DNA of 64,000 nucleotides, taken from NCBI GenBank assembly GCA_038227875.1, contig JBBRPR010000004.1, positions 96,001-160,000 on the forward strand, written 5' to 3'. Positions 29,582 to 39,748 of the stretch are shown here, one piece after another (the stretch's first letter is position 1; every line of letters begins with the position of its first letter). This DNA is from Planctomycetota bacterium (GTDB taxonomy: Bacteria; Planctomycetota; SZUA-567; H5-PLA8). Position numbers and translations under genes: made by a program. Below the pieces are notes generated by a model. That model was given only the letters and a program-made list of their open reading frames with translations, did not search any database and had not been told where the DNA came from.

Positions 29582-31111
29582 ATGAAAGTTCTGCTGGTCG
29601 ACGACGAACGCAGCATCCGCCTGACCCTCGGCGATGCCCTGGAAGATCAGGGCCACTCCGTCACGCGCTGTGAGAACCTGGCGCTGGGCAAGCAGGCGCT
29701 GAAAGACAGCGCTTATGATTGCGTCGTCACCGATCTGCAACTTCCTGACGGCTCCGGACTGGATCTGCTCTCCGCGGCGCGCGAACAGAAATCCGACGCG
29801 TCGCTGCTGGTGATCACGGCGCATCAGTCGATCGAGACGGCAATCGAGGCGACGAAATTCGGCGCCGACTATCTGATCAAACCGTTCCTGAACGAAGAAG
29901 TCATCGCGCGCCTGCAGAAAATTGACGAACTGCGGCTGCTGCGCGCGGAATTGAAAGAGCTGCGCACGCAGGCCACCGGCCGCGAACGCATCGACAAGAT
30001 CGTCGGCAAAACCAAGACGATGCAGGACCTCTACAAGACCATCGAAGCCATTGGACCGTCCGACGCGTCGGTGCTGATCACGGGCGAATCCGGGACCGGG
30101 AAGGAACTGGCCGCCGAGGCGATTCACCGCTGCTCGCAGCGCTGCGACAAGCGCATGATTAAACTCTCCTGCGCCGCGCTGCCCGACAACCTGCTCGAAG
30201 ATGAACTTTTCGGCCACGAAAAAGGCGCCTTCACCGACGCGCGCGAACGGAAAGCCGGCCGCTTCGAACTGGCCGACGGTGGCTCGATCTTCCTCGACGA
30301 CATCGACGACATGAGCGTGCAGACGCAGGTGAAGCTGCTGCGCGTGCTCCAGGAACGCGAGTTCGAACGCATCGGCGGGACGAAGACGATCAAGATCAAC
30401 GTTCGCGTGATCGCCGCGACGAAAGTCGATCTGTCGCTGCTCGTCCGCCAGGGCCGGTTCCGCGACGACTTGTATTTCCGCCTGCGGGTGATCGAACTGC
30501 GCCTGCCGCCACTGCGCGAACGCGCCGCGGATCTGCCGCTGCTGATTCAGCACTTCATCGAACGCCACGGCCGCGGCCGGCCGTACTTTGCCGGCGCCGA
30601 AGCGCTGCAGGCGATGTCGGAGTATTCGTGGCCGGGCAACATCCGCGAGCTGGAAAACGCGGTGATGCGCGCGATCGCAATGTCCGGTGCGTCGGAGCAC
30701 CTGGACGAACGTTACCTCCTGCAGAAACCCGCCGGGATGAGCCAGAATGCCGGCGAAATGAGCATCCCGTCGCTGGGCGGAACGCTGCTGTCGCCGCATT
30801 CCAACACGACGGCCGCACCGTCGGCATCGACGTCCGGCCGGGGCAACGCGGTCGCGACGCCGCCACCGGTCCAGGCGCCTGCAACCACAGCTCCAAGTTC
30901 CGCGTTGGCGCCGGCAGTGAATCCGGCCGACGCGATGACCGAACAGAATTTCCGCGCGCTGCGCGAGATTGTGGCGGAGACGGAACGCGCGTATATTCTG
31001 CGCGCGCTGCAATTGAGCGGCGGGAGCAAGACGCGCGCCGCCGAACTGCTCGACATTTCGCGCAAGAATCTCTGGGAAAAAATGCGCGACCTGGGCATCA
31101 ACAACACGTGA
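29582..31111 (+). CDS. Sigma-54-dependent response regulator (NtrC/AtoC family)
   Basis: REC domain, GESGTGKE Walker A, ELFGHEKGAFTDA, WPGNIRELEN and a C-terminal Fis HTH. Confidence 0.95.
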   Translation: MKVLLVDDERSIRLTLGDALEDQGHSVTRCENLALGKQALKDSAYDCVVTDLQLPDGSGLDLLSAAREQKSDASLLVITAHQSIETAIEATKFGADYLIKPFLNEEVIARLQKIDELRLLRAELKELRTQATGRERIDKIVGKTKTMQDLYKTIEAIGPSDASVLITGESGTGKELAAEAIHRCSQRCDKRMIKLSCAALPDNLLEDELFGHEKGAFTDARERKAGRFELADGGSIFLDDIDDMSVQTQVKLLRVLQEREFERIGGTKTIKINVRVIAATKVDLSLLVRQGRFRDDLYFRLRVIELRLPPLRERAADLPLLIQHFIERHGRGRPYFAGAEALQAMSEYSWPGNIRELENAVMRAIAMSGASEHLDERYLLQKPAGMSQNAGEMSIPSLGGTLLSPHSNTTAAPSASTSGRGNAVATPPPVQAPATTAPSSALAPAVNPADAMTEQNFRALREIVAETERAYILRALQLSGGSKTRAAELLDISRKNLWEKMRDLGINNT

Positions 31112-31125
31112 GACACGAAGCCGTC

Positions 31126-31647
31126 ATGGAAGCACCTCCCGTCACTCCGCCGAAAAAGCACAAGTACGTCCTGCCGTTCATCATTCTCGTGATTCTCTGC
31201 GGGATGGCGTCGCCGCTGGTGCTCTCGGCGTGGAAGCACCGCGAACTGACCTCCAACGAAACCGCCACGCTCGCGCTGATCCGCGAATACACCAAGGCGC
31301 AGGACGAGCGCTTCAAATCGCGCGGCGCCTATGCGACGAACCTCGATGAACTGGCACTCTCCGCGAAGTTGCCGCCGCTGGATAATCCCAAATCGACGCC
31401 GCTGAACGGTTACCGCTTCCGGATCCTCACCGATAGCATTGAAGGCTCGTGGCTGGATGCCGACGGCAAGCTGACGAAAAGTTTCGGCCTGCTCGCCGTT
31501 CCTTCTGATTACATGGTGACGGGTCGCGACACATTTCTGGTGCACGGCCAGGAAATTTTCGTCGTCGACTTCGAAGTCCGCACCGCGCAGCTCACGCGGG
31601 AATTGCGCGCGTTCGGTTTGCCGCCGAGTGCGCAGAAGGTGGAATAA
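31126..31647 (+). CDS. DUF2950-like pilin-related membrane-anchored protein
   Basis: TM, then SNETATLALIREYTKAQ...GAYA...PLNGYRFRIL...FGLLAVPSDYMVTGRDTF. Confidence 0.6.
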   Translation: MEAPPVTPPKKHKYVLPFIILVILCGMASPLVLSAWKHRELTSNETATLALIREYTKAQDERFKSRGAYATNLDELALSAKLPPLDNPKSTPLNGYRFRILTDSIEGSWLDADGKLTKSFGLLAVPSDYMVTGRDTFLVHGQEIFVVDFEVRTAQLTRELRAFGLPPSAQKVE

Positions 31648-31656
31648 TTCGCCCGT

Positions 31657-32595
31657 CTATATCCCAAGCATATCGTTGACGCCGTCGATGCACTCTTTTG
31701 CGCTCTGCGGATCAGCGGGCGATGCCCAATCGAAGCCCGACCCCGGCGTCCCGTCGTAACTCAGGTACCGCGTGATCCAGCGCCAGACGAGCAGATGATT
31801 GCCAGCCGCTGCGCAGGCGCGATCGACCGTTGTGAGTTTCGCACCGCGCTGCTCTTCCCAGCCTTCGCGGAAAAGCGCCCAGCTGCCGTCATCCTTTTTC
31901 GGGAGAAGGAGTGAAGAGCCCAACTGCATTGAAGCGCAACCGATGCGGCAGGATTCCACATCAAAAAAACCCATGAAGCGCCCGGCCTGAACATGAAAAT
32001 TGCCCACATCCTGGTGGTAGAGCACCGGCGGTTCGGCCAGCATCGCGCCGAGGCAATTCTCAATAAAGTCGAGGTTCTCATTCCAATAGGAGTGCTGGAA
32101 ACCGGGATCCAAGGCATGCACCGACCTGCCCAGACGAAGAATTTTTCGCGCGTAGTCTTCAAACGTTCGCTCCTCGTAGAAGCGCGTTTGAAATTCATTT
32201 TGAGCGTTGACGCTCAATGGAACCATTGTCAACGCAGCGATGGCTTTGCCGGATTCACGGCAGGCGGATCGCCAGGCTTCCTCTCCGTCGACGTCTTTCG
32301 CACGATGCAGCCACGTACCGGGAATGTGGGTCATAAGCACCATGTCCTGATCGCAATCCCCCTGTAATTTTGCGACCAGGTTCGTGTCATGCCAGTGTCG
32401 CATGCCGAAACATTCGCGTTCTTTTCGACCCACATCGCAGCAGTGTTTAAAAATGACGTTCGTATCGCCCCGCCGCGCGTAGACCACGTGATTGGTCGAA
32501 CCCTGTCCGAGTTGCGGCACGTCGCGGGAATACTCCGGATGCGCCGCAATGAACGCATCGACTTTGGAGAGCGTGTGCTCCATGGAGCAATTCAT
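31657..32595 (-). CDS. Aminoglycoside-phosphotransferase/kinase-like protein
   Basis: LGQGSTNHVV Gly-rich loop, IFK, LYHQDVGNF (HxDxxN) and FFDVE. Start uncertain (32583-32613). Confidence 0.7.
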   Translation of the reverse strand: MNCSMEHTLSKVDAFIAAHPEYSRDVPQLGQGSTNHVVYARRGDTNVIFKHCCDVGRKERECFGMRHWHDTNLVAKLQGDCDQDMVLMTHIPGTWLHRAKDVDGEEAWRSACRESGKAIAALTMVPLSVNAQNEFQTRFYEERTFEDYARKILRLGRSVHALDPGFQHSYWNENLDFIENCLGAMLAEPPVLYHQDVGNFHVQAGRFMGFFDVESCRIGCASMQLGSSLLLPKKDDGSWALFREGWEEQRGAKLTTVDRACAAAGNHLLVWRWITRYLSYDGTPGSGFDWASPADPQSAKECIDGVNDMLGI

Positions 32596-32625
32596 GGCGA
32601 TAGTCCGGAACACTGCCTGTAGATA

Positions 32626-33633
32626 TTAATTCGAGGTGCGACACACCACGCGGCGGCGTCCCACCACATGAACCGTCCCGCGCTGATTCTGGCGCGTCGA
32701 ATACACGCGCGTTTTCGCGCCGGTCATCAGCAGGATTTCCTGGGCCGCCTGGTAGGCCAGGTCGGCGCGGTTGCAATCTTCGCTCAGATGCATCTGCACT
32801 AAAACTTCCGGGCCGCCGTTGGGGCCGGTTTCGACGATTTTTCGGAAGACGTCCGCGGCCTGGCCGTTTGAGAGATGACCCTCGCCGCCCATGACGCGTT
32901 GAATCAAGCGTGGATGGCGGCCGCTGGTGCGTTCCAGGTGTTCGTCGTGATTGAATTCCAGCGCGAGCAAGTCGACGTCGTGAACAGCCTGCATGACTTC
33001 ATCGGCGCAGCGGCCGATGTCGACCAGGTAGCCCAGGCGCACCCATTCTTCCAGATTGGATTCTGCATAGGTCGAAGGTTCTTCCGCGAGCGTGACGGGC
33101 ACGGTCTCGGCTCCAGACGCGTGGGCGCCGATCTCCGGGCCACGTGCTTCGATGCGGAAACCGAACGTCGGCGGCGCGTCGTGGGGCACGGGAATGGGGT
33201 GAAAACGGAGCACGTCCAACGGGCCGGGTGCGGCCAGATCTTCGCCGGGTCCAAAGCGCGTGAACTGCGCGCGCCGTCCGCCGGACGCCTGCAACTGAAA
33301 GCTCGTGCCGTTGTAGGTCAGCACCAGGTCCTTCGCCGCGAGTCGCTTGAAGTAACGCCCGCCGGCGAGATGCGCCGCGTGGCGTTCGTGGCAGATAAAG
33401 GGGACCTCGTGCTCGAGGCAGTACGTCAGGCACTTTTTGGAAAGATGGTCGGCGTGCGTGTGGGTGAGAATGATGCCGTGCAGAGTGCGCCAGGAAGCGC
33501 CGGTGCCGTGGAGGCGTTCAGCGAGGTCATCGGGTTGAAAACCGGCGTCGATGAGGACGTGAAGCTGCGGTGTCATCAACAGCACCGCGTTGCCCTGAGA
33601 TCCGGAGCCCAGCACACAGAATTTTACGCTCAT
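32626..33633 (-). CDS. MBL-fold metallo-hydrolase (YycJ/WalJ-like)
   Basis: VLGSGSQGNA, LIDAG, THTHADH, VPHDA, LEFNHD, GHLSN and HLSEDCN. Confidence 0.9.
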   Translation of the reverse strand: MSVKFCVLGSGSQGNAVLLMTPQLHVLIDAGFQPDDLAERLHGTGASWRTLHGIILTHTHADHLSKKCLTYCLEHEVPFICHERHAAHLAGGRYFKRLAAKDLVLTYNGTSFQLQASGGRRAQFTRFGPGEDLAAPGPLDVLRFHPIPVPHDAPPTFGFRIEARGPEIGAHASGAETVPVTLAEEPSTYAESNLEEWVRLGYLVDIGRCADEVMQAVHDVDLLALEFNHDEHLERTSGRHPRLIQRVMGGEGHLSNGQAADVFRKIVETGPNGGPEVLVQMHLSEDCNRADLAYQAAQEILLMTGAKTRVYSTRQNQRGTVHVVGRRRVVCRTSN

Positions 33634-33743
33634 GGCCCGTAAGAGTAACAAAGCCCGAGCGGATGAGAAGAATTTTTTCAGAGAGAAATTAGGGTAGAAG
33701 GCTGTTTTGACGAGGCGTGGGAGGTGTTGCAAGACGTCGCGAA

Positions 33744-33900
33744 ACCTAACCCCCGGCCCCCTTCCCTGGGAGGGAAGGGGGAGACGGGAGAGCCTATCGC
33801 CTACGGCCTTCTGCCTTCTATCCCACCACTGCGCAGCAACCGCTCGCCGCTCCAGTACGCGTTCCCATCTCTGACCCCTGGCCCCTGACCCCTGGCCCCT
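33744..33900. repeat. Intergenic repeat cluster: hairpin element plus heptamer tandem repeats
   Basis: CCTAACCCCCGGCCCCCTTCCC-tggga-GGGAAGGGGG, and (CTGACCC/CTGGCCC)x4 at 33872-33899. The complementary heptamer GGGGTCA also occurs near 3021 and 3977. Confidence 0.6.
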
Positions 33901-33915
33901 CGCGCGTCAGCGCGC

Positions 33916-35979
33916 TTACGCTTCCGCGGTCTCAGGCTCTTCCTCTTCATCAGCGGGCGGCGGGGTGAGCGCGACTTCGACGGCTTTGACCAAGTCCTCG
34001 CTGCTGAATGGTTTCAGCAGCACGGTGGCCGGGCCGGGGCAGCCGTCGATCAGCGTTTCAACGCTCGGGCCGCGCACGAAACCGCTGGCGAATAGCACGG
34101 GAAGGTCCGGGCGTAACACTTGCATGCGCAGGTACGTTTCGAGGCCGCCCATCAGCGGCATGTACGCGTCGAGGATCACGAGATTAATCGTGGCCGGCGA
34201 TTCCTGGAAGCGTTCGAAGGCTTCCTGACCGTTGGAGGCCAGGACGACTTCGTACCCTTGCTGGCGCAGCGACCAGCCCATGAAAGTGCGGAAGTTTTCC
34301 TCGTCGTCGGCGATCAGCACGCGGCGCACGCCGGCTTTCGCGGCGGGCATCTGCATCGGGTCGTTGGGCAGCGGCACGTGTTCGCGCGGACGCGGGCCTT
34401 CGCCGGCGGCGCGGGTGAGTCCCTGAAAGGAACTGTCGCCGCTGGCGCTGGCGACCCCGTTGCTCATGCCTGATCCGCCGTTGGCGCCGGCGTCGAGGGC
34501 GGGAAGATCCAGTTCGATCAGCGTGCCCTTGCCGCTGGTGATGACTTCCAATTGCGCGCGGTGGTAGCGGGCGATGGCGCGGGCCAGCGCGATGCCCGGG
34601 GCTTCGGTGCCGTGGCCGGACATCAGCGGGCGCGAGCCCGGCGCGCTGGGCGTCGCGGAACGCGAGCCGGTGTCTTCGATCGAAAAGGCCGCCTGAATCA
34701 GCGAGGGATGCAGTTGCCGCGGGCGGAAGGTTTTCAGCGTGAGCGTGCCGTTGACCAGGCGTGTCTGCAGGTGTTTGCCCAGCACCAGGATCATCGTGCG
34801 CAGCAGCCGGGCGTCGACGCGCACGCGGGGCAGGTCCAGGCCCAAGTCCACTTTGACGGCAAATCCGTCGGGCACGATATGCCGCAGCAAGTGTCCGGCG
34901 TCGGCGATGGCCGCGTTGAGATCGGTCTCCGGCAGCGCGCCTTCGATGCGGCCCAGCAAATCGGCGGAGCGGCGGAGCAAGCCGACCGCATCCTGTCCGG
35001 CGTCAACGATGGCACCGATATTGGGAGCGGGCAACTGGCCCGGCGGCAGCGCCATGCGCATCGCCGATGCCTGCGCGATAATCACGCTCAGGTAATTGTT
35101 CAGTTCGTGATGAATCGACGACGTCAGCATCGCCAGCACGGTCTGATCTTCAGCGACGTCCTTGCGTTCGGTTTCCAGGCGCGCGCTGGTGAGGTCGACG
35201 GCCTGCACGAGAATGCCGGAGATGTTGTTCTCGTCGCGCAAGGGCTTGAACGAAACGCCCAGCCAGTTCTGGCGGTGGGCGGCGAGCTCCGCCAGGCGCC
35301 CTTCTTCGGCAACGGCGGCCATCGCGCCGGAGATGTTGCTCCCCGCGGCGACGGCAAATTCGGAGTACCACGCCGGCGGCAGGACCACGGTTTCGCCGGC
35401 CCAGGCGCGGTCGAGCGCGCCTTTCATCGTGGGGCTTAAGATCAGATTCTTCACCCAGCTCAGCGGCCGCGACGGCGCGCTGTCGGGCTGCCGCGGGTAG
35501 CGCGTGACGCTGTTGTGCGACGAGACGAAAAACAGCGCGTGCGGCAGTCCTTGCGCGTTTTCCAGAGCGGCGCTGCGGTGGACGTGGAGTTCGCGGAAGA
35601 CGCTCTCGCGGTCGCCACATTCGTGAGCGACAACAAGGTACGCGGAGTCGACTTTACCGACGTGGGTTTCGAGGTCCGCGTCGCTCCAGGGAATCAGCGA
35701 GATGGTCAGGTCGACATTGATGGCGGCATTGTCGTGGCCGAGGAACTGGGCTTCGAGGCGCAGGCAGCCTTCCGGCCGCAGCGCCCGGATCAACGGACTG
35801 AGCCGCTCCAGGCTGGCGGCGGAGAGAAAGTCGGAGGTGTTCTTGCCGACAAGCTGGACGCGCGGGACGCCGAGCATCAGCGCGGCGGCGTCGTTGGCTT
35901 CCAGAATAACGCCCGACGCATCCTCAACGAACAGAGGATCCGCGAAGTGGGAGAAAAGATGCCGGTACCGTTCGGGCAC
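33916..35979 (-). CDS. PAS-containing hybrid sensor kinase/response regulator, degenerate ATPase domain
   Basis: N-terminal PAS, H-box IHHELNNYLSVI and C-terminal REC (IADDE, ILDAYMP, FASG, LKPF). Confidence 0.85.
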   Translation of the reverse strand: MPERYRHLFSHFADPLFVEDASGVILEANDAAALMLGVPRVQLVGKNTSDFLSAASLERLSPLIRALRPEGCLRLEAQFLGHDNAAINVDLTISLIPWSDADLETHVGKVDSAYLVVAHECGDRESVFRELHVHRSAALENAQGLPHALFFVSSHNSVTRYPRQPDSAPSRPLSWVKNLILSPTMKGALDRAWAGETVVLPPAWYSEFAVAAGSNISGAMAAVAEEGRLAELAAHRQNWLGVSFKPLRDENNISGILVQAVDLTSARLETERKDVAEDQTVLAMLTSSIHHELNNYLSVIIAQASAMRMALPPGQLPAPNIGAIVDAGQDAVGLLRRSADLLGRIEGALPETDLNAAIADAGHLLRHIVPDGFAVKVDLGLDLPRVRVDARLLRTMILVLGKHLQTRLVNGTLTLKTFRPRQLHPSLIQAAFSIEDTGSRSATPSAPGSRPLMSGHGTEAPGIALARAIARYHRAQLEVITSGKGTLIELDLPALDAGANGGSGMSNGVASASGDSSFQGLTRAAGEGPRPREHVPLPNDPMQMPAAKAGVRRVLIADDEENFRTFMGWSLRQQGYEVVLASNGQEAFERFQESPATINLVILDAYMPLMGGLETYLRMQVLRPDLPVLFASGFVRGPSVETLIDGCPGPATVLLKPFSSEDLVKAVEVALTPPPADEEEEPETAEA

Positions 35980-36084
35980 AAATTGGGCCCTTTGATCTGA
36001 CGACGATTAGCAATCTTTCGAGCGACTCACCCGCAGTTCGTCCGGAGTGTTGATCTTTAACCAGGTATTAAATTTAATACCAGG

Positions 36085-37926
36085 TTACTCGTCTCCTCCA
36101 TGACCTCCGTCGTACAACGGCGTTTCCTTGATGTCGCGAGGCACGAGCACCTTGGCATTGATTTGGGTCTGGAGCGTCGAGCCGATGTATTGCGAGTAGG
36201 ACTGAGCGATCTGGCTGCGCTTTTCTTCGCGGTCCCAGGCCGTGTCCTTTTCAAACGTGACCGCGGTGGGCAGCTGCAGTTCCACCGGGAAGCCGACGTA
36301 GAAAATTTTGTGCGGCGGCGGATTCTGATTCTCCGGCGTCGGTGTTTCCAGCGGGCCACTCGCGACGGGGAGCACTTCGCCGATGCCCCGGGGTGAGGAG
36401 AAATACATCTTCGCGATCGGCGACTTGTACTGGCCGGCGATGTCGGATTTGATCTCGAGCATCTCGTCGATCTTCGGCAGTTCCTTGCCCTGATCCCAGT
36501 CGTCGTGCGCCTTCTGTGCGTCCTTGTTGGCCATATCGGCGGCATCGAGAATCTTCAGGCGTTCGATGATCGCCGGCTTGGCGTCTTCCAGCGCTTTGAG
36601 CTTGGCGTCGGTGTAGGCGGTCTTGCGCGCCATCACGAAGCCCTTTTCAGGCTTGCCCGGTTCGATCATGTTGGGCTGAGTCCAACCTTCGAACTGCTTC
36701 TTGAACCAATCCTTGTACTTTTCGTTGTCGCCGCGGCCGCCCATTTCCGGGACGTGCGCCCAGAAGAAAATGTCCTTCACCCACTCGGCGTCGGTGGCTT
36801 TGATTTCCTTCTTGCCCTTCTTATAGACATCCTGGGCCTGTTCGGGAGTGGTCCAGTAGGTCAGGTAGGTCAGGTTCTTTTTGGCGACCCATTCGTCGAC
36901 CTTGAACGGCTTGCGCTGCGCTTCCGGCTGCTTGGCCTGTTCGTCCTTCCACGCGGTTTCGGCCTTCTCGAGATCGTTCTTGATCGTGCCCAGTTCGCTG
37001 GTGGCCTGGTTCTTCTTCTCGTCGCGCCACTTGGTTTCGACATCGGCCTTGACCGTGTCATACGGCTTGAACTTCGGCGGATCGCCCGGCTTGGCCGGCG
37101 GGCCGTCCTGGTAAATGATGGGCTTCTGGCGTTCGTAGAACGCTTTCAGGTCGTCTTCGGTCGGCTTCAATCCAGCGAGGTACTTCTCGGTGTCGAAGCC
37201 GATCAGTTCCGCCGCCATCGTCGGCTGTGTGAAGAGCACGCTCTCCAGATCCTTGAGTTCTTCGGCCTTCACGTCCTTGTTGTTATTGTAGAAGCTCTTG
37301 ATCTTCTCTTCCGTTGGCTGGGGGACTTTGGTCAGGTAATCGGTGCTCTTGAATTCCGAGTAGCGGATGCGCACGACCTGCTTTTCGCGGCAGTAGTCGG
37401 CGAAGAGTTCGCCGTCGCCGACGTGGAAGTCCATCGCAAACTGCTGGAACTTGCCGCGCAGCGCGACTTCGTGGGTCGTCTCTTCGAAATCGATGCCCGT
37501 CATCTGCATCGCGTTGAGCAGCTTGCCGTAGATTTCTTCGTCGGCCTTCGGCGGCGCCTTGCCTTCACGCATCTGGATCTGGTTCTTCACGGCGTTGCGC
37601 AGGATCTGGCGCATCTCTTCGGTGCCCGTTTCGAAACCGGCGTGGCGGGCGAGGCTGACTTCCAGCATGTGTTCGCCGACGTCGCTGGAGTTCACCGGAC
37701 CGCCGCGGCGCAGATACTTGCTGAGCTTCAAGCGGTAATTGTAAGTCTCACTAGGGCTGAGCGAATATTCGGTCTTGCCCATCGAATAACGCACGGTCGG
37801 CCCGGATCCGCCAAAGAGCGTACCGCCTCTTCCGCCAAACCCGAACGCCGCCATACTGACAATCACGACTGGGAGCAACACCCAATACACGAACATCTTG
37901 TGCTGTCGAAACCATTCTAGCTGCAT
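36085..37926 (-). CDS. Membrane-anchored periplasmic chaperone-like protein (PpiD/SurA N-terminal-like)
   Basis: MQLEWFRQHKMFVYWVLL..TM start and PTEEKIKSFY/PTEDDLKAFYE...KPYDTVKADV PpiD-like segments. Confidence 0.55.
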   Translation of the reverse strand: MQLEWFRQHKMFVYWVLLPVVIVSMAAFGFGGRGGTLFGGSGPTVRYSMGKTEYSLSPSETYNYRLKLSKYLRRGGPVNSSDVGEHMLEVSLARHAGFETGTEEMRQILRNAVKNQIQMREGKAPPKADEEIYGKLLNAMQMTGIDFEETTHEVALRGKFQQFAMDFHVGDGELFADYCREKQVVRIRYSEFKSTDYLTKVPQPTEEKIKSFYNNNKDVKAEELKDLESVLFTQPTMAAELIGFDTEKYLAGLKPTEDDLKAFYERQKPIIYQDGPPAKPGDPPKFKPYDTVKADVETKWRDEKKNQATSELGTIKNDLEKAETAWKDEQAKQPEAQRKPFKVDEWVAKKNLTYLTYWTTPEQAQDVYKKGKKEIKATDAEWVKDIFFWAHVPEMGGRGDNEKYKDWFKKQFEGWTQPNMIEPGKPEKGFVMARKTAYTDAKLKALEDAKPAIIERLKILDAADMANKDAQKAHDDWDQGKELPKIDEMLEIKSDIAGQYKSPIAKMYFSSPRGIGEVLPVASGPLETPTPENQNPPPHKIFYVGFPVELQLPTAVTFEKDTAWDREEKRSQIAQSYSQYIGSTLQTQINAKVLVPRDIKETPLYDGGHGGDE

Positions 37927-38010
37927 GCTGACCCCTAATGAAAATTGCCTCTAAAGACGCGTGGACGCTACCTTAATGGAGGGGCGGGGAATTTGCCAAT
38001 GAGATAACGG

Positions 38011-38160
38011 ACTAAACGGAGTCATTGGTCATTGGGCATCGGTCATTTTTCATTTGTCATCTACGGGAGCGATAGTCAGGCATGTACGACTACCAATACG
38101 CTCCTCGGAAATGAAAAATGACAAATGACCGATGCCCAATGACCAATGACTCCGTTCAGT
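38011..38160. repeat. 50-bp inverted repeats built of GTCATT(G/T) heptamers around a 50-bp spacer (MITE-like)
   Basis: 38011-38060 versus the reverse complement of 38111-38160: 47/50 identical. Confidence 0.8.
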
Positions 38161-38164
38161 TCCC

Positions 38165-39748
38165 TCACTCCAGCCGCTTCTTCACCACCTCCACCGCGTC
38201 TTCGACCTTGATGCGGTCCTGCTTCATGCTGTCGCGTTCGCGGATGGTGACGGTGCCGTCGGTGGCGGTCTGGCCGTCGACGGTGATGCAGTAGGGCGTA
38301 CCGCATTCGTCCTGGCGGCGGTAGCGGCGGCCGATGGCGTCCTTCTCGTCGTACACAGCCTTGATCTGCTGCTTGAAGAACTTCTCGACGACCAGGCGCG
38401 CGGCTTCGGGCATGCCGTCCTTTTTCACCAGCGGGAAGACGGCGACTTTCGTCGGCGCCAGGCGCGGGTGCAGACGCAGCACCGTGCGGCCTTCCGTGGT
38501 TCCCGGCGGCGGCGGCTCTTCGACGTAGGCATCGAGCAAGAACGCCAGCGTCGCGCGATCGGCGCCGGCGGCCGGTTCGATCACGTACGGGTGGTAGTGC
38601 GCGTTCTTCTGCGAATCAAAGAAGGTCAGCTTCTTGCCGCTGGCTTTTTCGTGCGCTTTCAGATCGTAATCGGAGCGGTGGGCGATGCCTTCCAGCTCAC
38701 CCCAGCCCCACGGGTATTCGTATTCCACGTCGGCGCAGGCCTTGGCATAGTGCGCCAGCTCGGAACCTTCGTGGTCGCGCAGGCGGAGTTTCTCCTTGCG
38801 CAGTCCCAGCGACTGGTACCAGTTCATCCGTTGTTCGCACCAGTATTTGTACCAGTACATGTCGTCCTTGCCTTCGTCGGCGTACTGCGGCGGCGGCACG
38901 AAGAACTCCATTTCCATCTGCTCGAATTCGCAGCTGCGGAAGGTGAAATGTTCGACCGTGATTTCGTTGCGGAAGCTCTTGCCCTGCTGCGCGATGCCGA
39001 AGGGCGGCTTCAACCGCATGCTGTTCTGCACGTTCAGGAAGTTCACGAACATCGCCTGCGCGGTTTCCGGTCGCAGGTAGACGGCCGATTCGCCGATCGC
39101 ATCGGCCAGCGCGGCGCGCAGTTCATCGCCGCTCAGCGACTTGTTTTCCAGCCGCGCGGCGATGGTCTCGATCGGATCGATGCTGCCCAGTGAGGTCCGG
39201 AACATCAGGTTGAACTTGCGGATATCCGACATGTTCGGACTGCCGCAATTCGGACAGACGATGCCCAGCTTGCCCACCGGTCCCTTGCGCGTTTCCTTCT
39301 TGCCGCTCTGGTGATCGACGATGACTTTGAATTCGACTTCCGTGCCTTCGGCGACCTGCGGCCACTTGTCGGCGCGGCCGCGTTCCTTGCAGTCTTTGCA
39401 GTCGACCATCGGATCGCTGAAGCCGGCGAGATGTCCCGACGCGCGCCACACATTGGGGTGCATGATGATGCTGGCGTCGATGCCGACGACGTCTTCGCGG
39501 CCGTGGACCATCGTGCGCCACCACTCCGCCTTGACGTTGCGTTTCAGTTCCGCGCCGAGCGGACCGTAGTCGTAGCAGCTCTTCAAGCCGCCGTAGATTT
39601 CCGAAGACTGAAAGACGAAGCCGCGCTGTTTGCACAGCGAGACAATCTTCTCCATGATCTCCGGCTCGGCGCTGGCCTTGGGTTTGTCTTTTTTGGGTTT
39701 GTTGCTGTTCTCGGGCCTGGGACTATCGCTTTTGGGACTGTCGCTCAT
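38165..39748 (-). CDS. glyQS: Glycine--tRNA ligase (alpha2 type)
   Basis: SSEIYGG, YDYGPLG, YLRPETAQ, GKSFRNEI, EFEQMEMEFF, ELEGIAHR and IGRRYRRQDE. Confidence 0.97.
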   Translation of the reverse strand: MSDSPKSDSPRPENSNKPKKDKPKASAEPEIMEKIVSLCKQRGFVFQSSEIYGGLKSCYDYGPLGAELKRNVKAEWWRTMVHGREDVVGIDASIIMHPNVWRASGHLAGFSDPMVDCKDCKERGRADKWPQVAEGTEVEFKVIVDHQSGKKETRKGPVGKLGIVCPNCGSPNMSDIRKFNLMFRTSLGSIDPIETIAARLENKSLSGDELRAALADAIGESAVYLRPETAQAMFVNFLNVQNSMRLKPPFGIAQQGKSFRNEITVEHFTFRSCEFEQMEMEFFVPPPQYADEGKDDMYWYKYWCEQRMNWYQSLGLRKEKLRLRDHEGSELAHYAKACADVEYEYPWGWGELEGIAHRSDYDLKAHEKASGKKLTFFDSQKNAHYHPYVIEPAAGADRATLAFLLDAYVEEPPPPGTTEGRTVLRLHPRLAPTKVAVFPLVKKDGMPEAARLVVEKFFKQQIKAVYDEKDAIGRRYRRQDECGTPYCITVDGQTATDGTVTIRERDSMKQDRIKVEDAVEVVKKRLE

